A stretch of 64,000 nucleotides of DNA from positions 11,738 through 75,737 of the forward strand of contig JBBTQN010000016.1 of the NCBI GenBank assembly GCA_038065695.1. Reading direction: 5' to 3'. Position 1 is the first letter of the stretch. Each line of letters opens with the position of its first letter. Below the pieces are notes generated by a model that saw only the letters and a program-made list of their open reading frames with translations, made no database searches and was not told the DNA's origin. The position numbers were made by a program, and so were the translations under genes. Origin of the DNA: Patescibacteria group bacterium. Lineage in GTDB: Bacteria; Patescibacteriota; Patescibacteriia; 2-01-FULL-39-33. Below, piece by piece: positions 18,615-28,229 of the stretch.

Positions 18615-19367
18615 TTAAAAAGAATCAATTATCTTTCTAAATTCTTCCGCGTCCAGACTCGCTCCGCCAACCAAAAAACCGCTACCTAAATCCAATTTGG
18701 CAAAATCACCGGCATTTGCTCCGTCCACGCTGCCGCCGTAAATCAATCTGATATTGTTGTTCACCAGTGTTGCCGGATACAAATCAATCAGCGATTGGCG
18801 GATAGCGGCAAAAACCGCTTCCGCCTCTTCGGCTTCGACCGGCTGGCCGGTGCCAATCGCCCAAACCGGCTCATAAGCGATCACTAACTCCTCACTGCCG
18901 GTGAGATGGATATTTTTTAGCGCCCTTTCCAGCTGGCGCAAAACCACATAGTCGGTGTGTTTTTCCCGGCGTTCATCCATGGTCTCACCGACGCAAATTA
19001 TCGGGGTTAAATTATTTTCCAAAACCGCCCTCACTTTCAAATTGACTGTCTCATCGGTTTCACCCAAATGCGCCCGCCGTTCACTGTGGCCCAAAATCAC
19101 GAACTCGCAGCCAATTTCTTTCAAAGCTAACGGGGAAATTTCACCGGTATAAGCGCCCTTTTCCCGCCAAAAACCGTCTTGGGCGCCCAATTTTATTTTT
19201 TTATTCTTTAAAACTTCAGCGACTCTCGTCAAACTGACAAAAGCTGGACAGATGACAACTTCGACATTTGACTCGCCGCTTAATTTTTCGACAAATTGTG
19301 TCGCTAAATCTTCCTCTTCTTTCGGAGACAAATTCATTTTCCAATTGGCGATAATAATTTTTTTCAT
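18615..19367 (-). CDS. tpiA: Triosephosphate isomerase
   Basis: IANWKMN, GHSERR, AYEPVWAIGTG, YGGSV. Start moved to 19367. Confidence 0.97.
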   Translation of the reverse strand: MKKIIIANWKMNLSPKEEEDLATQFVEKLSGESNVEVVICPAFVSLTRVAEVLKNKKIKLGAQDGFWREKGAYTGEISPLALKEIGCEFVILGHSERRAHLGETDETVNLKVRAVLENNLTPIICVGETMDERREKHTDYVVLRQLERALKNIHLTGSEELVIAYEPVWAIGTGQPVEAEEAEAVFAAIRQSLIDLYPATLVNNNIRLIYGGSVDGANAGDFAKLDLGSGFLVGGASLDAEEFRKIIDSF

Positions 19368-19371
19368 GTAT

Positions 19372-20310
19372 TTATTGCCACTTAAAATTATGATACACCC
19401 AATAAGCCAAACTCTTAGTGTCGACAAATCGATCATCGATGGTGTCGCTCCCCAAAACAACCGTAATTAATTTTTTGCCTGATTGGTCGGTAATCTGGCT
19501 GGCGAAGGAATAACCCGCTATTTCCAAATAACCGGTTTTCCCCGCCTCCACTCGATAAGACGAACCGCCAACGCCGAAGGTTTGATTTAAAATCCAATCC
19601 GTGCTGGCGATTTTTCGAGTAATATTTTTATTCAAAATCGTTATTTTATGATTACTAGTGCTCGCCGCGCGAAAAATTTCTTTTTGAGTAAAAGCCGTTT
19701 TGACTAAAATCGCGACATCAACCGCGGTTGATTTGTTGCCGTCTTCCAAGCCGGTCAAATCCACAAACTTTGTGTCTTTCATTCCCAATTCAAGCGCCTG
19801 ATCATTCATTTTTTTAATAAATTCCTCCTCGCTTAATCCGGTAGACCTCGCTAAAGCCACCGATGCTTCATTGGCGGAAGCCACTAGGGCGGTATAAAAA
19901 ACGTCCTTGACCGAAACCACCTCGCCAACCATCAAACGACTGGTCGCACCCTCGCGAAAATCGCTTTGGGCCATTGTTATCTCCTTATCCCAACCGGGGT
20001 TGTGCTCCAGAAAAACCAACGCCGTCATGAGCTTGGTGATACTGGCGATAGATCTGACTTCTTGAGGATTTTTCTCAAAAAGAATTTTTCCGCTTTCCGC
20101 GTCAACGACCAAAGCGCTTTTGGCCGTTACTTTCACTCCCGCGCTCTCCGGGTTCTCAACCGCTTGCGGCGCTTCCTCCTCTAAATAACGCATCTCGGCT
20201 TGAGGCAGGCGATAATCAACTTGGGTAAAATTATTCAAAGTCGCCTGCTCATTTACCTGCGCGTTAAAAAACAAACTAGCTAAAATTAAATTGATTAAAA
20301 TTTCAAACAT
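19372..20310 (-). CDS. Peptidase S11 D-alanyl-D-alanine carboxypeptidase/endopeptidase
   Basis: ASITK (SxxK), SAN (SxN), KTG. Start moved to 20310 because the upstream extension is a palindromic repeat. Confidence 0.92.
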   Translation of the reverse strand: MFEILINLILASLFFNAQVNEQATLNNFTQVDYRLPQAEMRYLEEEAPQAVENPESAGVKVTAKSALVVDAESGKILFEKNPQEVRSIASITKLMTALVFLEHNPGWDKEITMAQSDFREGATSRLMVGEVVSVKDVFYTALVASANEASVALARSTGLSEEEFIKKMNDQALELGMKDTKFVDLTGLEDGNKSTAVDVAILVKTAFTQKEIFRAASTSNHKITILNKNITRKIASTDWILNQTFGVGGSSYRVEAGKTGYLEIAGYSFASQITDQSGKKLITVVLGSDTIDDRFVDTKSLAYWVYHNFKWQ

Positions 20311-20323
20311 GACATTTTCAAAT

Positions 20324-20418
20324 GTCATCCCGAGGGAGAAGTGCCGAAGGCGCGACGACCGTGGGGATCCCATGGGATTGCCACGTCGCTCCGCTTACGC
20401 TTCGCTCCTCGCAATGAC
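20324..20418. repeat. REP-like paired palindrome (GTCATCCCGAGG..GGATCCC / GGGATTGC..CCTCGCAATGAC)
   Basis: Two-armed element bounded by GTCAT..ATGAC. Right arm recurs at 29236-29283. Confidence 0.78.
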
Positions 20419-20422
20419 GGTT

Positions 20423-20974
20423 TTAATTATTAATATTTTCCACTCCTTGGAGCAGTTTTTCCAAATTATTATTGCGATTTAATTTTTCAAAATCCGGCAA
20501 TTCCTCTACTTTCGAAAGTCCCAGATATTTTAAAAAATCAAAGGTAATGCGATAAGCCGTAACTGCCTTTTTTTTGTCTTCCTCCGCCTCGATCAGCCCG
20601 CGCATCAGAAGATTTCGTAAAATCAGACTGCAATTAACGCCCCTGATAATCTCCAGCTCCGCTTTGGAAATTGGGCCCCGATAAGCGATGACGGTCAGAG
20701 CTTCAAGAGACGGCCGCGTCAGTTCGCCAGTCATCTCGCTTTTAATGAATTTTTTCACTATTTCACCGGAGTCGCCGGCCGTCGCCATTTGGTATTTATC
20801 ATCGATCTTAAGTAATTTTATTCCTCCCGCTCTGGTCTCATATTTTTTTTCCAATTCAGCCAAAGCGTTTTTTATTTCCTCAATCTCGACCGACATGAGC
20901 TTGGCTAATTCCTTGATACTTAGCGGCTTATGAGAGATAAACAACAAACTTTCTATTTGGTTTTCTATCGACAT
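20423..20974 (-). CDS. scpB: SMC-Scp complex subunit ScpB
   Basis: IESLLF, LEALTVIAYRGPISKAELEIIRGVN, FLKYLGL..ELP. Confidence 0.95.
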   Translation of the reverse strand: MSIENQIESLLFISHKPLSIKELAKLMSVEIEEIKNALAELEKKYETRAGGIKLLKIDDKYQMATAGDSGEIVKKFIKSEMTGELTRPSLEALTVIAYRGPISKAELEIIRGVNCSLILRNLLMRGLIEAEEDKKKAVTAYRITFDFLKYLGLSKVEELPDFEKLNRNNNLEKLLQGVENINN

Positions 20975-20981
20975 ATGGGAT

Positions 20982-21683
20982 TTAAGATTTAATAGATTCA
21001 ACCATAATTTCGTCAAACACGCCTTTTTGCTTCACCACCACTTCTCCTTGCTTGATGAGTTCCAGAAGCGCCATAAAACAGACGACAACTTCAGTACGCG
21101 ATTTGGCATTTTTTAAAACCTGATAAAAATTAGTTTTACCGATCTCCCTCAAATGCTCCCTGATATTCGTCACCATTTCGCGCAAGCTGACGGTTCTTTC
21201 CATCACTTTTTGGGGCAAGCTAACGACATATTCAATTCGTTTTAAAATCTCACCAAAAACATCGGATAAAACTTTAGCGTTTAATTGCGGCGGCGGAGAA
21301 AAAGCCGGTTCAAATTGGAAAGCAATCCGTTCCCGGCTGAAAGAAAACCTCTTTTGGCCGATAATCTTTTCTATTATTTTTGAGGCCTCTTGGTAATCCT
21401 TGTAAATTTTAAGTTGGGCTTCAAGCTCTTCGGCGCTGTCTTCTTCTTCATCAATAGTCTGCGGCAGGAGAATTTTTGACTTAATAACCAGAAGTTTGGT
21501 CGCCACCACCAAAAAATCAGCCAACTCGGTGGCGCTGATGTCTTTTACCTCGTCCAAATAAGCCAGATATTGGTCGGTTACTTGCGCCAGAGAAACTTGG
21601 GAAATATCTAACTTCTGATTCTCAATTAATTGGAGTAAAAGGTCTAATGGACCACTAAACTGTTCTGTCTTTATTTGATACAT
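20982..21683 (-). CDS. scpA: Segregation/condensation protein A
   Basis: FSGPLDLLLQLI, IKSKILLP, FMALLELIK. Confidence 0.95.
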   Translation of the reverse strand: MYQIKTEQFSGPLDLLLQLIENQKLDISQVSLAQVTDQYLAYLDEVKDISATELADFLVVATKLLVIKSKILLPQTIDEEEDSAEELEAQLKIYKDYQEASKIIEKIIGQKRFSFSRERIAFQFEPAFSPPPQLNAKVLSDVFGEILKRIEYVVSLPQKVMERTVSLREMVTNIREHLREIGKTNFYQVLKNAKSRTEVVVCFMALLELIKQGEVVVKQKGVFDEIMVESIKS

Positions 21684-21735
21684 TTAAAATAAATTACAAA
21701 TCACAAATAAATTATAAATTTTTTATTTTTCAACC

Positions 21736-22563
21736 TTAGTTATCAACCTCAAATTCCTGACCGTCATAAATATCGTTTTTAAAGAAATTATAAAAAGTTT
21801 TATAAGCATCCCTTGCTTTGGGTGGTAAATTTTCTATAAACTCACATAAAGCGTCATTTTCCAAACAATATTGTTTTGTAAATTCCGCGATAAATTGATC
21901 AAATGAGCTCTCCATCTCTGACTTAGGATAAACCCGTCCGACCGAACCTGAAAAAAAGATTCCTTCATTTTTTAGAATTTGATAGTTATTATCCAGCACT
22001 GTTTTGGCATCAGGATTTAGTTGTTCAATTAGTAACCCAACCGGATGGCCAGCGGTTTCATGAATAACTGTCGCAGAAAAATTATCGGGATTTTTCCCAT
22101 TAAAAGTAATATATTTCGGGATTTCCGCTATACCGTCATGAAAAAATCCCTCACATCCTGCGGAAAGATAACTTTCTTCACTTTGGAAATTTATTTCTTT
22201 GAGATAGCCCTTTAGCTTTTCAAGGGGGATGAATTTTTCCACTAATTCCTTTATAGTCCGCAGCCGGTCGATTCCTAAGCGACTGGCCATTTTTAAAGGA
22301 ATTAAATAATAGAGAGGATCTATTAAAACAGCTGATTCTTTGCCTAGATTAAATAAATCGGATATGAGCTCTTTTTCTTTCAGCCATTCTCGTTCTTGCT
22401 CATCCCAATCGATGCTAGGGTCAGGATAATCTCGCCTTGCTTGAGGTATTTGCTGAATCACTTCGTCAATCCATTCCAAATTCCTCTTCTTGCATAGTTC
22501 AATCAGCTGTTTTCTTTCCTCAAAGTCATTTTCTTTACTTCTGGTAGGTTCTTTTTCTGTCAT
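21736..22563 (-). CDS. Hypothetical protein with HExxGH motif
   Basis: 275-aa ORF; ATVIHETAGH. Confidence 0.65.
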   Translation of the reverse strand: MTEKEPTRSKENDFEERKQLIELCKKRNLEWIDEVIQQIPQARRDYPDPSIDWDEQEREWLKEKELISDLFNLGKESAVLIDPLYYLIPLKMASRLGIDRLRTIKELVEKFIPLEKLKGYLKEINFQSEESYLSAGCEGFFHDGIAEIPKYITFNGKNPDNFSATVIHETAGHPVGLLIEQLNPDAKTVLDNNYQILKNEGIFFSGSVGRVYPKSEMESSFDQFIAEFTKQYCLENDALCEFIENLPPKARDAYKTFYNFFKNDIYDGQEFEVDN

Positions 22564-22572
22564 GGGATATGG

Positions 22573-23142
22573 TTATTTCTTTTTCTTTTTCGCCACCCTC
22601 TTCTTTGCTGTTTTTTTTGCGACTTTATTTTTTACTTTCTTCATAATCTGCTTCGTCTTCTTAGGAATCTTGTATCCGCCCTTCATCGCCACATCAGCCA
22701 ATTTGGCTTCTTCCATCTGGACGAAATCTTTTACTCTCAAAAGGACGCTGTCGGTAAAACTGCCGGTAGAGAAAACCGCCTTTTTCGTCCCCACCATTGC
22801 CCTATCAATCAAAACTTCCAGCTGATGAAGTTTGCCAAAAGAAGAAATCGCTCCCGGTTTGATTTTTAAAATTTTAACCATCACCTTTTCATCGGGGATG
22901 GAAACTTTTTTCGCGCCCAAAACTTTTTTCAATTTGTTTAAATCAATTCTTTTATCAGCCGGCACAATCACTAAGGCGAAAGTCTTGTCCACTTGGATGA
23001 GCAGATTCTTGGCGATTTCTTTCAATTCTTTTTTAAGCGTTTGGGCGGCGTCATAGGCGGTATAGACCGTCTTGTGGGCAATCTCCTCATAATTAATGCC
23101 CTTTTTATCCAAATAATTTTTAACCTTGGCGGGTATTGGCAT
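22573..23142 (-). CDS. YbaK/ProX family aminoacyl-tRNA deacylase with Lys-rich tail
   Basis: HKTVYTAYDAA, IAKNLL, PGAISSFG. Confidence 0.85.
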   Translation of the reverse strand: MPIPAKVKNYLDKKGINYEEIAHKTVYTAYDAAQTLKKELKEIAKNLLIQVDKTFALVIVPADKRIDLNKLKKVLGAKKVSIPDEKVMVKILKIKPGAISSFGKLHQLEVLIDRAMVGTKKAVFSTGSFTDSVLLRVKDFVQMEEAKLADVAMKGGYKIPKKTKQIMKKVKNKVAKKTAKKRVAKKKKK

Positions 23143-23166
23143 AAAATTAAATTTAAAAAATAATAT

Positions 23167-24087
23167 TTATCTAAGTGGCGGGATATTTTTGTTCAAAGTT
23201 TGAACCGTCCGATTGAAACACTGCCGGCCCGCGCCGTGAGAAAATATATCCGCGTCATTTATTGGCTTGAATGTGCCGTTTTCCGGACCGGTTCCGGCCG
23301 CGAGAGAAAAGATGGCGCAAATTTCGTATTTATCGGAAACGACGACTTTGTACTCATACGACTGGCCGGTCTCCGGATCTTTATAGCTGGCAAATTGCGG
23401 CAAAGAAAAATTTTCCGGCAACTTACTATTCTGTTGATAATAATCATTGATGATATAATTGAGGTTGATGAGGTCATTGACTCTTCCTTCATCAAATTTT
23501 AATGCCCGTGACTCCGTCGGTGAGCTGATAATGAAAAAACTGCCGATGACCGAACAGAGAACAACCACGACGACAACGACAAACATTGAAAGAGAGGTTT
23601 TACTTCTGATGGAAAAGTCCTTCCTTCTTAAATCGTAAAAATAGTAGCCGAAGATGCCGCCGGCAATCACCAGTATCACCACCGTTCTTAAAATTACCGC
23701 CAAGGCAAAATCACCGTCCAAAAAGCGGAAAAGCTGATAAACCAGCCGGCCGATGATGGTGAGGGCCGAAGCCAAGAGCATTAAATAAGTGAGCCAGCGG
23801 TGGATGCCGCTTTGATGGTTTAGGCCGCCGGTTCTGTAATTCTTATGAAGCCAATTGGCGACGGCCAGAAATATCGGCGTGATAATGATGGCGGAGGCGA
23901 TATTGAATTTCAAAGTCCCTTGCGAAAAACTGCCGCCGTATTCAATCATTTGAGGCACAAAAAATTTATTGATGATTTGAAAAAGAACGGCGCCGACTGA
24001 AATTGACATCCAGCCGAGCGTGATCAAACTTAAAAGGTTCAAAAACGCGTCAAACGCACCCTTACCTTTAGAAGAAGATTCTTCCAT
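23167..24087 (-). CDS. Membrane protein, DUF5671-like
   Basis: Five TM helices; RWLTYLMLL, IFGYYFYDL, RVNDL, DPETGQSYEY..YEICAIF. Confidence 0.75.
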   Translation of the reverse strand: MEESSSKGKGAFDAFLNLLSLITLGWMSISVGAVLFQIINKFFVPQMIEYGGSFSQGTLKFNIASAIIITPIFLAVANWLHKNYRTGGLNHQSGIHRWLTYLMLLASALTIIGRLVYQLFRFLDGDFALAVILRTVVILVIAGGIFGYYFYDLRRKDFSIRSKTSLSMFVVVVVVVLCSVIGSFFIISSPTESRALKFDEGRVNDLINLNYIINDYYQQNSKLPENFSLPQFASYKDPETGQSYEYKVVVSDKYEICAIFSLAAGTGPENGTFKPINDADIFSHGAGRQCFNRTVQTLNKNIPPLR

Positions 24088-24113
24088 AAATTTAGTGGTT
24101 ATGAATTAAATTC

Positions 24114-24223
24114 TTCCCCCTCCTTGTCTTAAGGAGGGGGTTGGGGGAGGTCTTAAAATAAATTTTATTTAAGACCCCTCCGTCCCGCTTGGCGGGACAC
24201 CTCCCCTTGAAACAAGGGGAGGA
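24114..24223. repeat. Two-armed MITE-like palindromic element (CCCCTCCTT..AAGGAGGGG family) with nested GTCCCGC..GCGGGAC
   Basis: Inverted arms separated by TCTTAAAATAAATTTTATTTAAGA. Confidence 0.8.
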
Positions 24224-24225
24224 TT

Positions 24226-24540
24226 TTATTTAGATCTTTTAATCATTAGTGGCAATTTCTCTTGCTTACCAAACAATTCTCTGGCCTTTTTCTTGCCCAA
24301 TGGCGTCAGGATGATTTCTTTAATGAACCACTTCTCCGCCGTTTTGATGCCGACACCGCGAATTAAACCTTTTTTTATCAGCCGTTCCACACTTTTGGTG
24401 ATAATACTGATTTGGCCGTCAATTTTCGGCCGCCTCTTTTGGCTGTCGTAAAACTTTATCAAGATTGATTTTGACGCCGAGTATTTTTTACCCTCCAATC
24501 CTCGGCGTAAAATATATTTCTGTAAGGCGGAGAGAGACAT
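24226..24540 (-). CDS. Small basic hypothetical protein, probable winged helix
   Basis: ITKSVERLIKKGLI..LTPLGKK pattern. Confidence 0.7.
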   Translation of the reverse strand: MSLSALQKYILRRGLEGKKYSASKSILIKFYDSQKRRPKIDGQISIITKSVERLIKKGLIRGVGIKTAEKWFIKEIILTPLGKKKARELFGKQEKLPLMIKRSK

Positions 24541-24547
24541 ATGACGG

Positions 24548-24592
24548 AATTTCTAATTTCTAATTTCTAATTTCTAAATAATTTTCAATGAT
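24548..24592. repeat. Heptamer tandem repeat (AATTTCT)x4
   Basis: Fills the spacer; same family as 30746-30843 and 50587-50696. Confidence 0.85.
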
Positions 24593-25438
24593 TTAATTAT
24601 TGAATTTGAAAGTGGATAAAATTTGTTTTAAAATTTCTCCTTCATCACCAACAACCTTTAAACCAATAATATTTCCATCGTGCTTCAATAAATATATAGT
24701 TTCCAAATTCATGTCCGCGCTCCAAGCTTTAATAAAATCATTGTTGCCAATTGTAATCTTTTGATAGGATGAATTTTCAGAATTGATTGTCTTTTTTGCT
24801 TCTTCCAAAGTTTTTCCGGGCCACGCAAATTCGCGAATAACATACTGGTCTATAGTATCTGATGTTTTTACGGAAATAATATTAATGATGCCAACCCACT
24901 TACACGTATCACAACCTTTTTTATCCTTATTAGCATATGCTTCTGACGTGTAGAGAGAGTTATTAAAAACTATATATCCCTTCGGATATTTAAACTCAAA
25001 TCCATACTGACTATTGGAATAAGTAGACCAGCCGGCGGTTGGGTCGGTAGCACCCGTATCTTTAACAAAAGTGATTCTGACCACCTTCACAACGCCATCA
25101 GCCAGATTGCCTTCCACGAGCACGCGGTCGCCGTCTTTAAATTCGGCAACATTACAGGGAGTGAAACCTTGGGCGTTATTGTCGCATTGGCTATAATCGC
25201 CAAATGAAAGCGTGGCCGATACGGCCGGCTTGCCCGGTTCTTCATAGAGAAAAGTTTTATTCGCCCAATTGGAAATATTACCGGTCTTGGTAAAGTTGAC
25301 GGCCGGAGCTGATTCTTGATTGGTATTGGCGTTTTGGTTTTCGTTTGACGGCTGGTTTTGATTGCCGGTCGGAATAAGCGAACAGCCGGCCAAAACAAAA
25401 GCCGCGACAACTGCCAAAGCAAGGAGAGATTTTTTCAT
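24593..25438 (-). CDS. Putative lipoprotein
   Basis: Lipobox LAGC; WSTYSNSQYGFEFKYP..QILSTFKF PsbP-like surface domain. Confidence 0.75.
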   Translation of the reverse strand: MKKSLLALAVVAAFVLAGCSLIPTGNQNQPSNENQNANTNQESAPAVNFTKTGNISNWANKTFLYEEPGKPAVSATLSFGDYSQCDNNAQGFTPCNVAEFKDGDRVLVEGNLADGVVKVVRITFVKDTGATDPTAGWSTYSNSQYGFEFKYPKGYIVFNNSLYTSEAYANKDKKGCDTCKWVGIINIISVKTSDTIDQYVIREFAWPGKTLEEAKKTINSENSSYQKITIGNNDFIKAWSADMNLETIYLLKHDGNIIGLKVVGDEGEILKQILSTFKFNN

Positions 25439-25480
25439 AAAAATAGTTAATTATTTTACTGTTAATTTTTACTACCCCCC

Positions 25481-25575
25481 CCCACAAATCTACGAATCAT
25501 TTACAAATCTACAAATTACAAATAATTATTTGTAGTATTTATAAATTCGTAGTGGGATTTGTAGATTTGCGGGGG
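25481..25575. repeat. Inverted tandem-repeat spacer, TAC(A/G)AAT family
   Basis: cccacaaatctacgaat..tacaaatctacaaattacaaat | atttgtag..attcgtag..atttgtagatttgcggg. Confidence 0.8.
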
Positions 25576-27006
25576 TTAGCTCGCCATTTCGGTGTCAAAA
25601 CCTTCCTCGGTTTGGATCCCCTTTTCCAATTGAATATGCGCTTCTTTCAAGGTTTTTTTGGAAACCACATTGGGCGCGTCCACCATCAAATCGCGGCTGT
25701 CGCCGGTCTTGGGGAAGACGATGACTTCGCGGATGTTGGACTCGTTTTGCAAAATAGACATTATCCGATCCATACCCGCGGCAATGCCACCGTGAGGCGG
25801 GGCGCCAAATTCAAACGCTTCCAATATGTGACCGAAGCGATTCTGGATTTCCTCTTCTTTGAGGCCTAAAAGCTTAAAAATTTTTTTCTGAATATCTTGC
25901 CTATGGATCCTAATGGAGCCGCCCCAAATCTCGTTGCCATTTAACGCCAAGTCATAAGCGTAAGCGCGCCATCTTTCCGGTTCATCTGGATATTTTTCCA
26001 TATCTTCTTTTTGAGGCATGGTAAAAGGGTGGTGGTTGGCGACCAACTTCTTGGCCGTCTGGGAATGGCTGAACATCGGCGTGTCAATAACCCAACAGAA
26101 AGCGAGCTCGTCCGGATTATTTTTATCGTCCCTTAAATCCGGTTTATCCGAACCGTATTTCTCCATTGCCTCGGCGTAGGACAAGCGCGGGAAAGGCGTT
26201 TCTTTTATTTTTTTGCCCGGATACAACTCTTTAATTATTTTTATCATCAGTTCCTCGGTCAAATTCAAAACATCTTCCTGCTCAACAAAACTCATTTCCA
26301 CATCAATCTGGGTAAATTCGGCTTGACGGTCGCCTCGAGTGTCCTCATCGCGGAAACATCTCGCGATTTGGAAATATTTTTCGGCGCCGGCGACCATCAA
26401 AAGCTGTTTGAATTGCTGGGGCGACTGGGGCAAAACATAGAATTTACCGGGCCATAGGCGGGCGGGCACGATGAATTCGCGCGCGCCTTCCGGCGTGCCC
26501 TTGGTCAGAATCGGCGTTTCAATTTCCAAAAATCCTTTTTCATCGTAAAAATCACGCGCTAATTTAATAACTTTATAGCGCATCACCATGTTAGCGGTCA
26601 TTCTCTCGGTGCGTAAATCCAAATAGCGGTATTTGAGGCGAAGCTCTTCATTCACACCGGCCGTGCTCTTATCCAACTCAAACGGCGGGGTTTTGGCTTC
26701 GTTCAAAATCTCCAGACTGGTGGCGAGCATTTCCACCGTGCCTGTGGGAATCTTATCATTGATCATATCAGCCGGCCGCTTATTAATCTGACCGGTGATT
26801 TTGACCACGAATTCACTCCTTAATTTTTCTGCCAATTTATAAGCTTCCTTATTTGAAGGAATAAAAACCACCTGCATCAGGCCGCTTCGGTCGCGAAGGT
26901 CAATAAAAATAATTTTGCCGTGATCCCTCCGGCCATGGACCCAGCCGGAAATCGCCACCTCCTTTCCCGCTTGGCTTACTGCCTCCAGCACTGATGTTTT
27001 TGACAT
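25576..27006 (-). CDS. aspS: Aspartate--tRNA ligase (short form lacking GAD domain; likely non-discriminating)
   Basis: RRDHG, LPQSPQQFKQLLM, FRDED, GAPPHGG. Confidence 0.96.
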   Translation of the reverse strand: MSKTSVLEAVSQAGKEVAISGWVHGRRDHGKIIFIDLRDRSGLMQVVFIPSNKEAYKLAEKLRSEFVVKITGQINKRPADMINDKIPTGTVEMLATSLEILNEAKTPPFELDKSTAGVNEELRLKYRYLDLRTERMTANMVMRYKVIKLARDFYDEKGFLEIETPILTKGTPEGAREFIVPARLWPGKFYVLPQSPQQFKQLLMVAGAEKYFQIARCFRDEDTRGDRQAEFTQIDVEMSFVEQEDVLNLTEELMIKIIKELYPGKKIKETPFPRLSYAEAMEKYGSDKPDLRDDKNNPDELAFCWVIDTPMFSHSQTAKKLVANHHPFTMPQKEDMEKYPDEPERWRAYAYDLALNGNEIWGGSIRIHRQDIQKKIFKLLGLKEEEIQNRFGHILEAFEFGAPPHGGIAAGMDRIMSILQNESNIREVIVFPKTGDSRDLMVDAPNVVSKKTLKEAHIQLEKGIQTEEGFDTEMAS

Positions 27007-27019
27007 AAGAATAGAGTAA

Positions 27020-27080
27020 ACCCCGTTAAATAAAAATCCTTATAGGATTTTTGGCAACGAAGTTGCCTATTTAATGGGGT
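27020..27080. repeat. ACCCCGTTAAATA..TATTTAATGGGGT palindromic element in the aspS leader
   Basis: 13-bp terminal inverted repeat (1 mismatch) enclosing two hairpins. Confidence 0.75.
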
Positions 27081-27148
27081 AAAATTTAATGAATTTATTA
27101 TAACAAAAAAGCCGATTAAAAACAACCGGCTTACATTGGGGGAAAATC

Positions 27149-27709
27149 TTAAAAAATTTTCAAAAGCGAATTGAAAGTCCTGATCTCTTTTTCGCCAACA
27201 TTAACGGCTAAATTATTTAATTCAATAATAAGTTGCCTTTGGGTTTTAGCGCGAATGACGGGACAATACCCCAAATGGCTCAACAGCCCAAAAAGCGACT
27301 TGTTTAGAATCAGCAAACCGTGTTTCGCGTCAGGAGCCAAAGAGAGCTCCGCCAAAAAATTATCCGCCAAGAAAAAAACTTCTTGGTCAATAAAATCATA
27401 TTTAATTAAGGCGTCTATCGCCTCCAAGAAGTAGTCGGCAATGATGATTTTTTCCAAACTGCCGGATATTTTCCGATATCTTTTGGCAATGCCCGCTCCG
27501 GCCACCCTTTTATACCGAGAGTTACCCGCCAGCATTAAATCAATAACCAAAAACGGCTCCAAATGGCCGCTCAATTTAGAAATAATTTTTTTGGCGCCTT
27601 TGGCGATGGCCGTCACCTTGCCGAGATCTCTGGTATAGACGATATACTGCCGGTCAAAATCATTGTAATGGTCGCGGCGCAGAATGATGCCAGTAGTTAA
27701 TTGAGTCAT
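27149..27709 (-). CDS. recO: DNA repair protein RecO
   Basis: GIILRR..DFDRQYIVYTRDLGKVTAIAKGAKKIISKLSGHLEPF. Confidence 0.9.
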   Translation of the reverse strand: MTQLTTGIILRRDHYNDFDRQYIVYTRDLGKVTAIAKGAKKIISKLSGHLEPFLVIDLMLAGNSRYKRVAGAGIAKRYRKISGSLEKIIIADYFLEAIDALIKYDFIDQEVFFLADNFLAELSLAPDAKHGLLILNKSLFGLLSHLGYCPVIRAKTQRQLIIELNNLAVNVGEKEIRTFNSLLKIF

Positions 27710-27727
27710 TGGAAATTGTTTTATTTT

Positions 27728-27755
27728 GTAGAGACGCATTGCCATGCGTCTCTAC
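27728..27755. repeat. GTAG-type REP palindrome supplying the ruvX stop codon
   Basis: GTAGAGACGCATTGCCATGCGTCTCTAC. 25 nt are identical (reverse complement) to 45605-45629. Confidence 0.85.
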
Positions 27756-28132
27756 TGGCTATCCAAATAGCTTTGTAAAATAATCATGGCGGCGACGGCA
27801 TCTTCGTCTCCCTTGGGAGAGAGCCGCTTGGCATAGCGAGTAGTTAATTGTTCATCTTGGATTTCAATATTTATATTTAATGATTCTTCTAATCGACAAA
27901 TAAAATCTTGAGTTATGTCAACTTGCTCCGGAGAATGAGCTTGAGAATTAATCGGCAGGCCGACAATAATTTTTTCTATCCCCTCTTCATCGCAAATTTT
28001 TTTGAGCTCTTTAAATAAAAAATCTTTGTTCTTATTTTTTAAAATCTTAAAGGGCGTAGCCACTCGGCTTTCCGTGTCGCCAAGCGCCAAACCTACTTTT
28101 GATTTGCCGTAATCCATGCCTAATAATTTCAT
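27752..28132 (-). CDS. ruvX: Holliday junction resolvase-like / pre-16S rRNA nuclease RuvX (YqgF)
   Basis: LGMDYG..VGLALGD, IVGLP, DEQLTT, DAVAAMIILQSYL. Confidence 0.93.
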   Translation of the reverse strand: MKLLGMDYGKSKVGLALGDTESRVATPFKILKNKNKDFLFKELKKICDEEGIEKIIVGLPINSQAHSPEQVDITQDFICRLEESLNINIEIQDEQLTTRYAKRLSPKGDEDAVAAMIILQSYLDSQ

Positions 28133-28229
28133 AAATTAAACTTTATAAATAGTGCCAATGCTATGACTGGAAGCAACCCTTAAATTAAATCTTTGGTTTT
28201 AGTGCGGTGATTCGGGAGTGGGTATGGTT

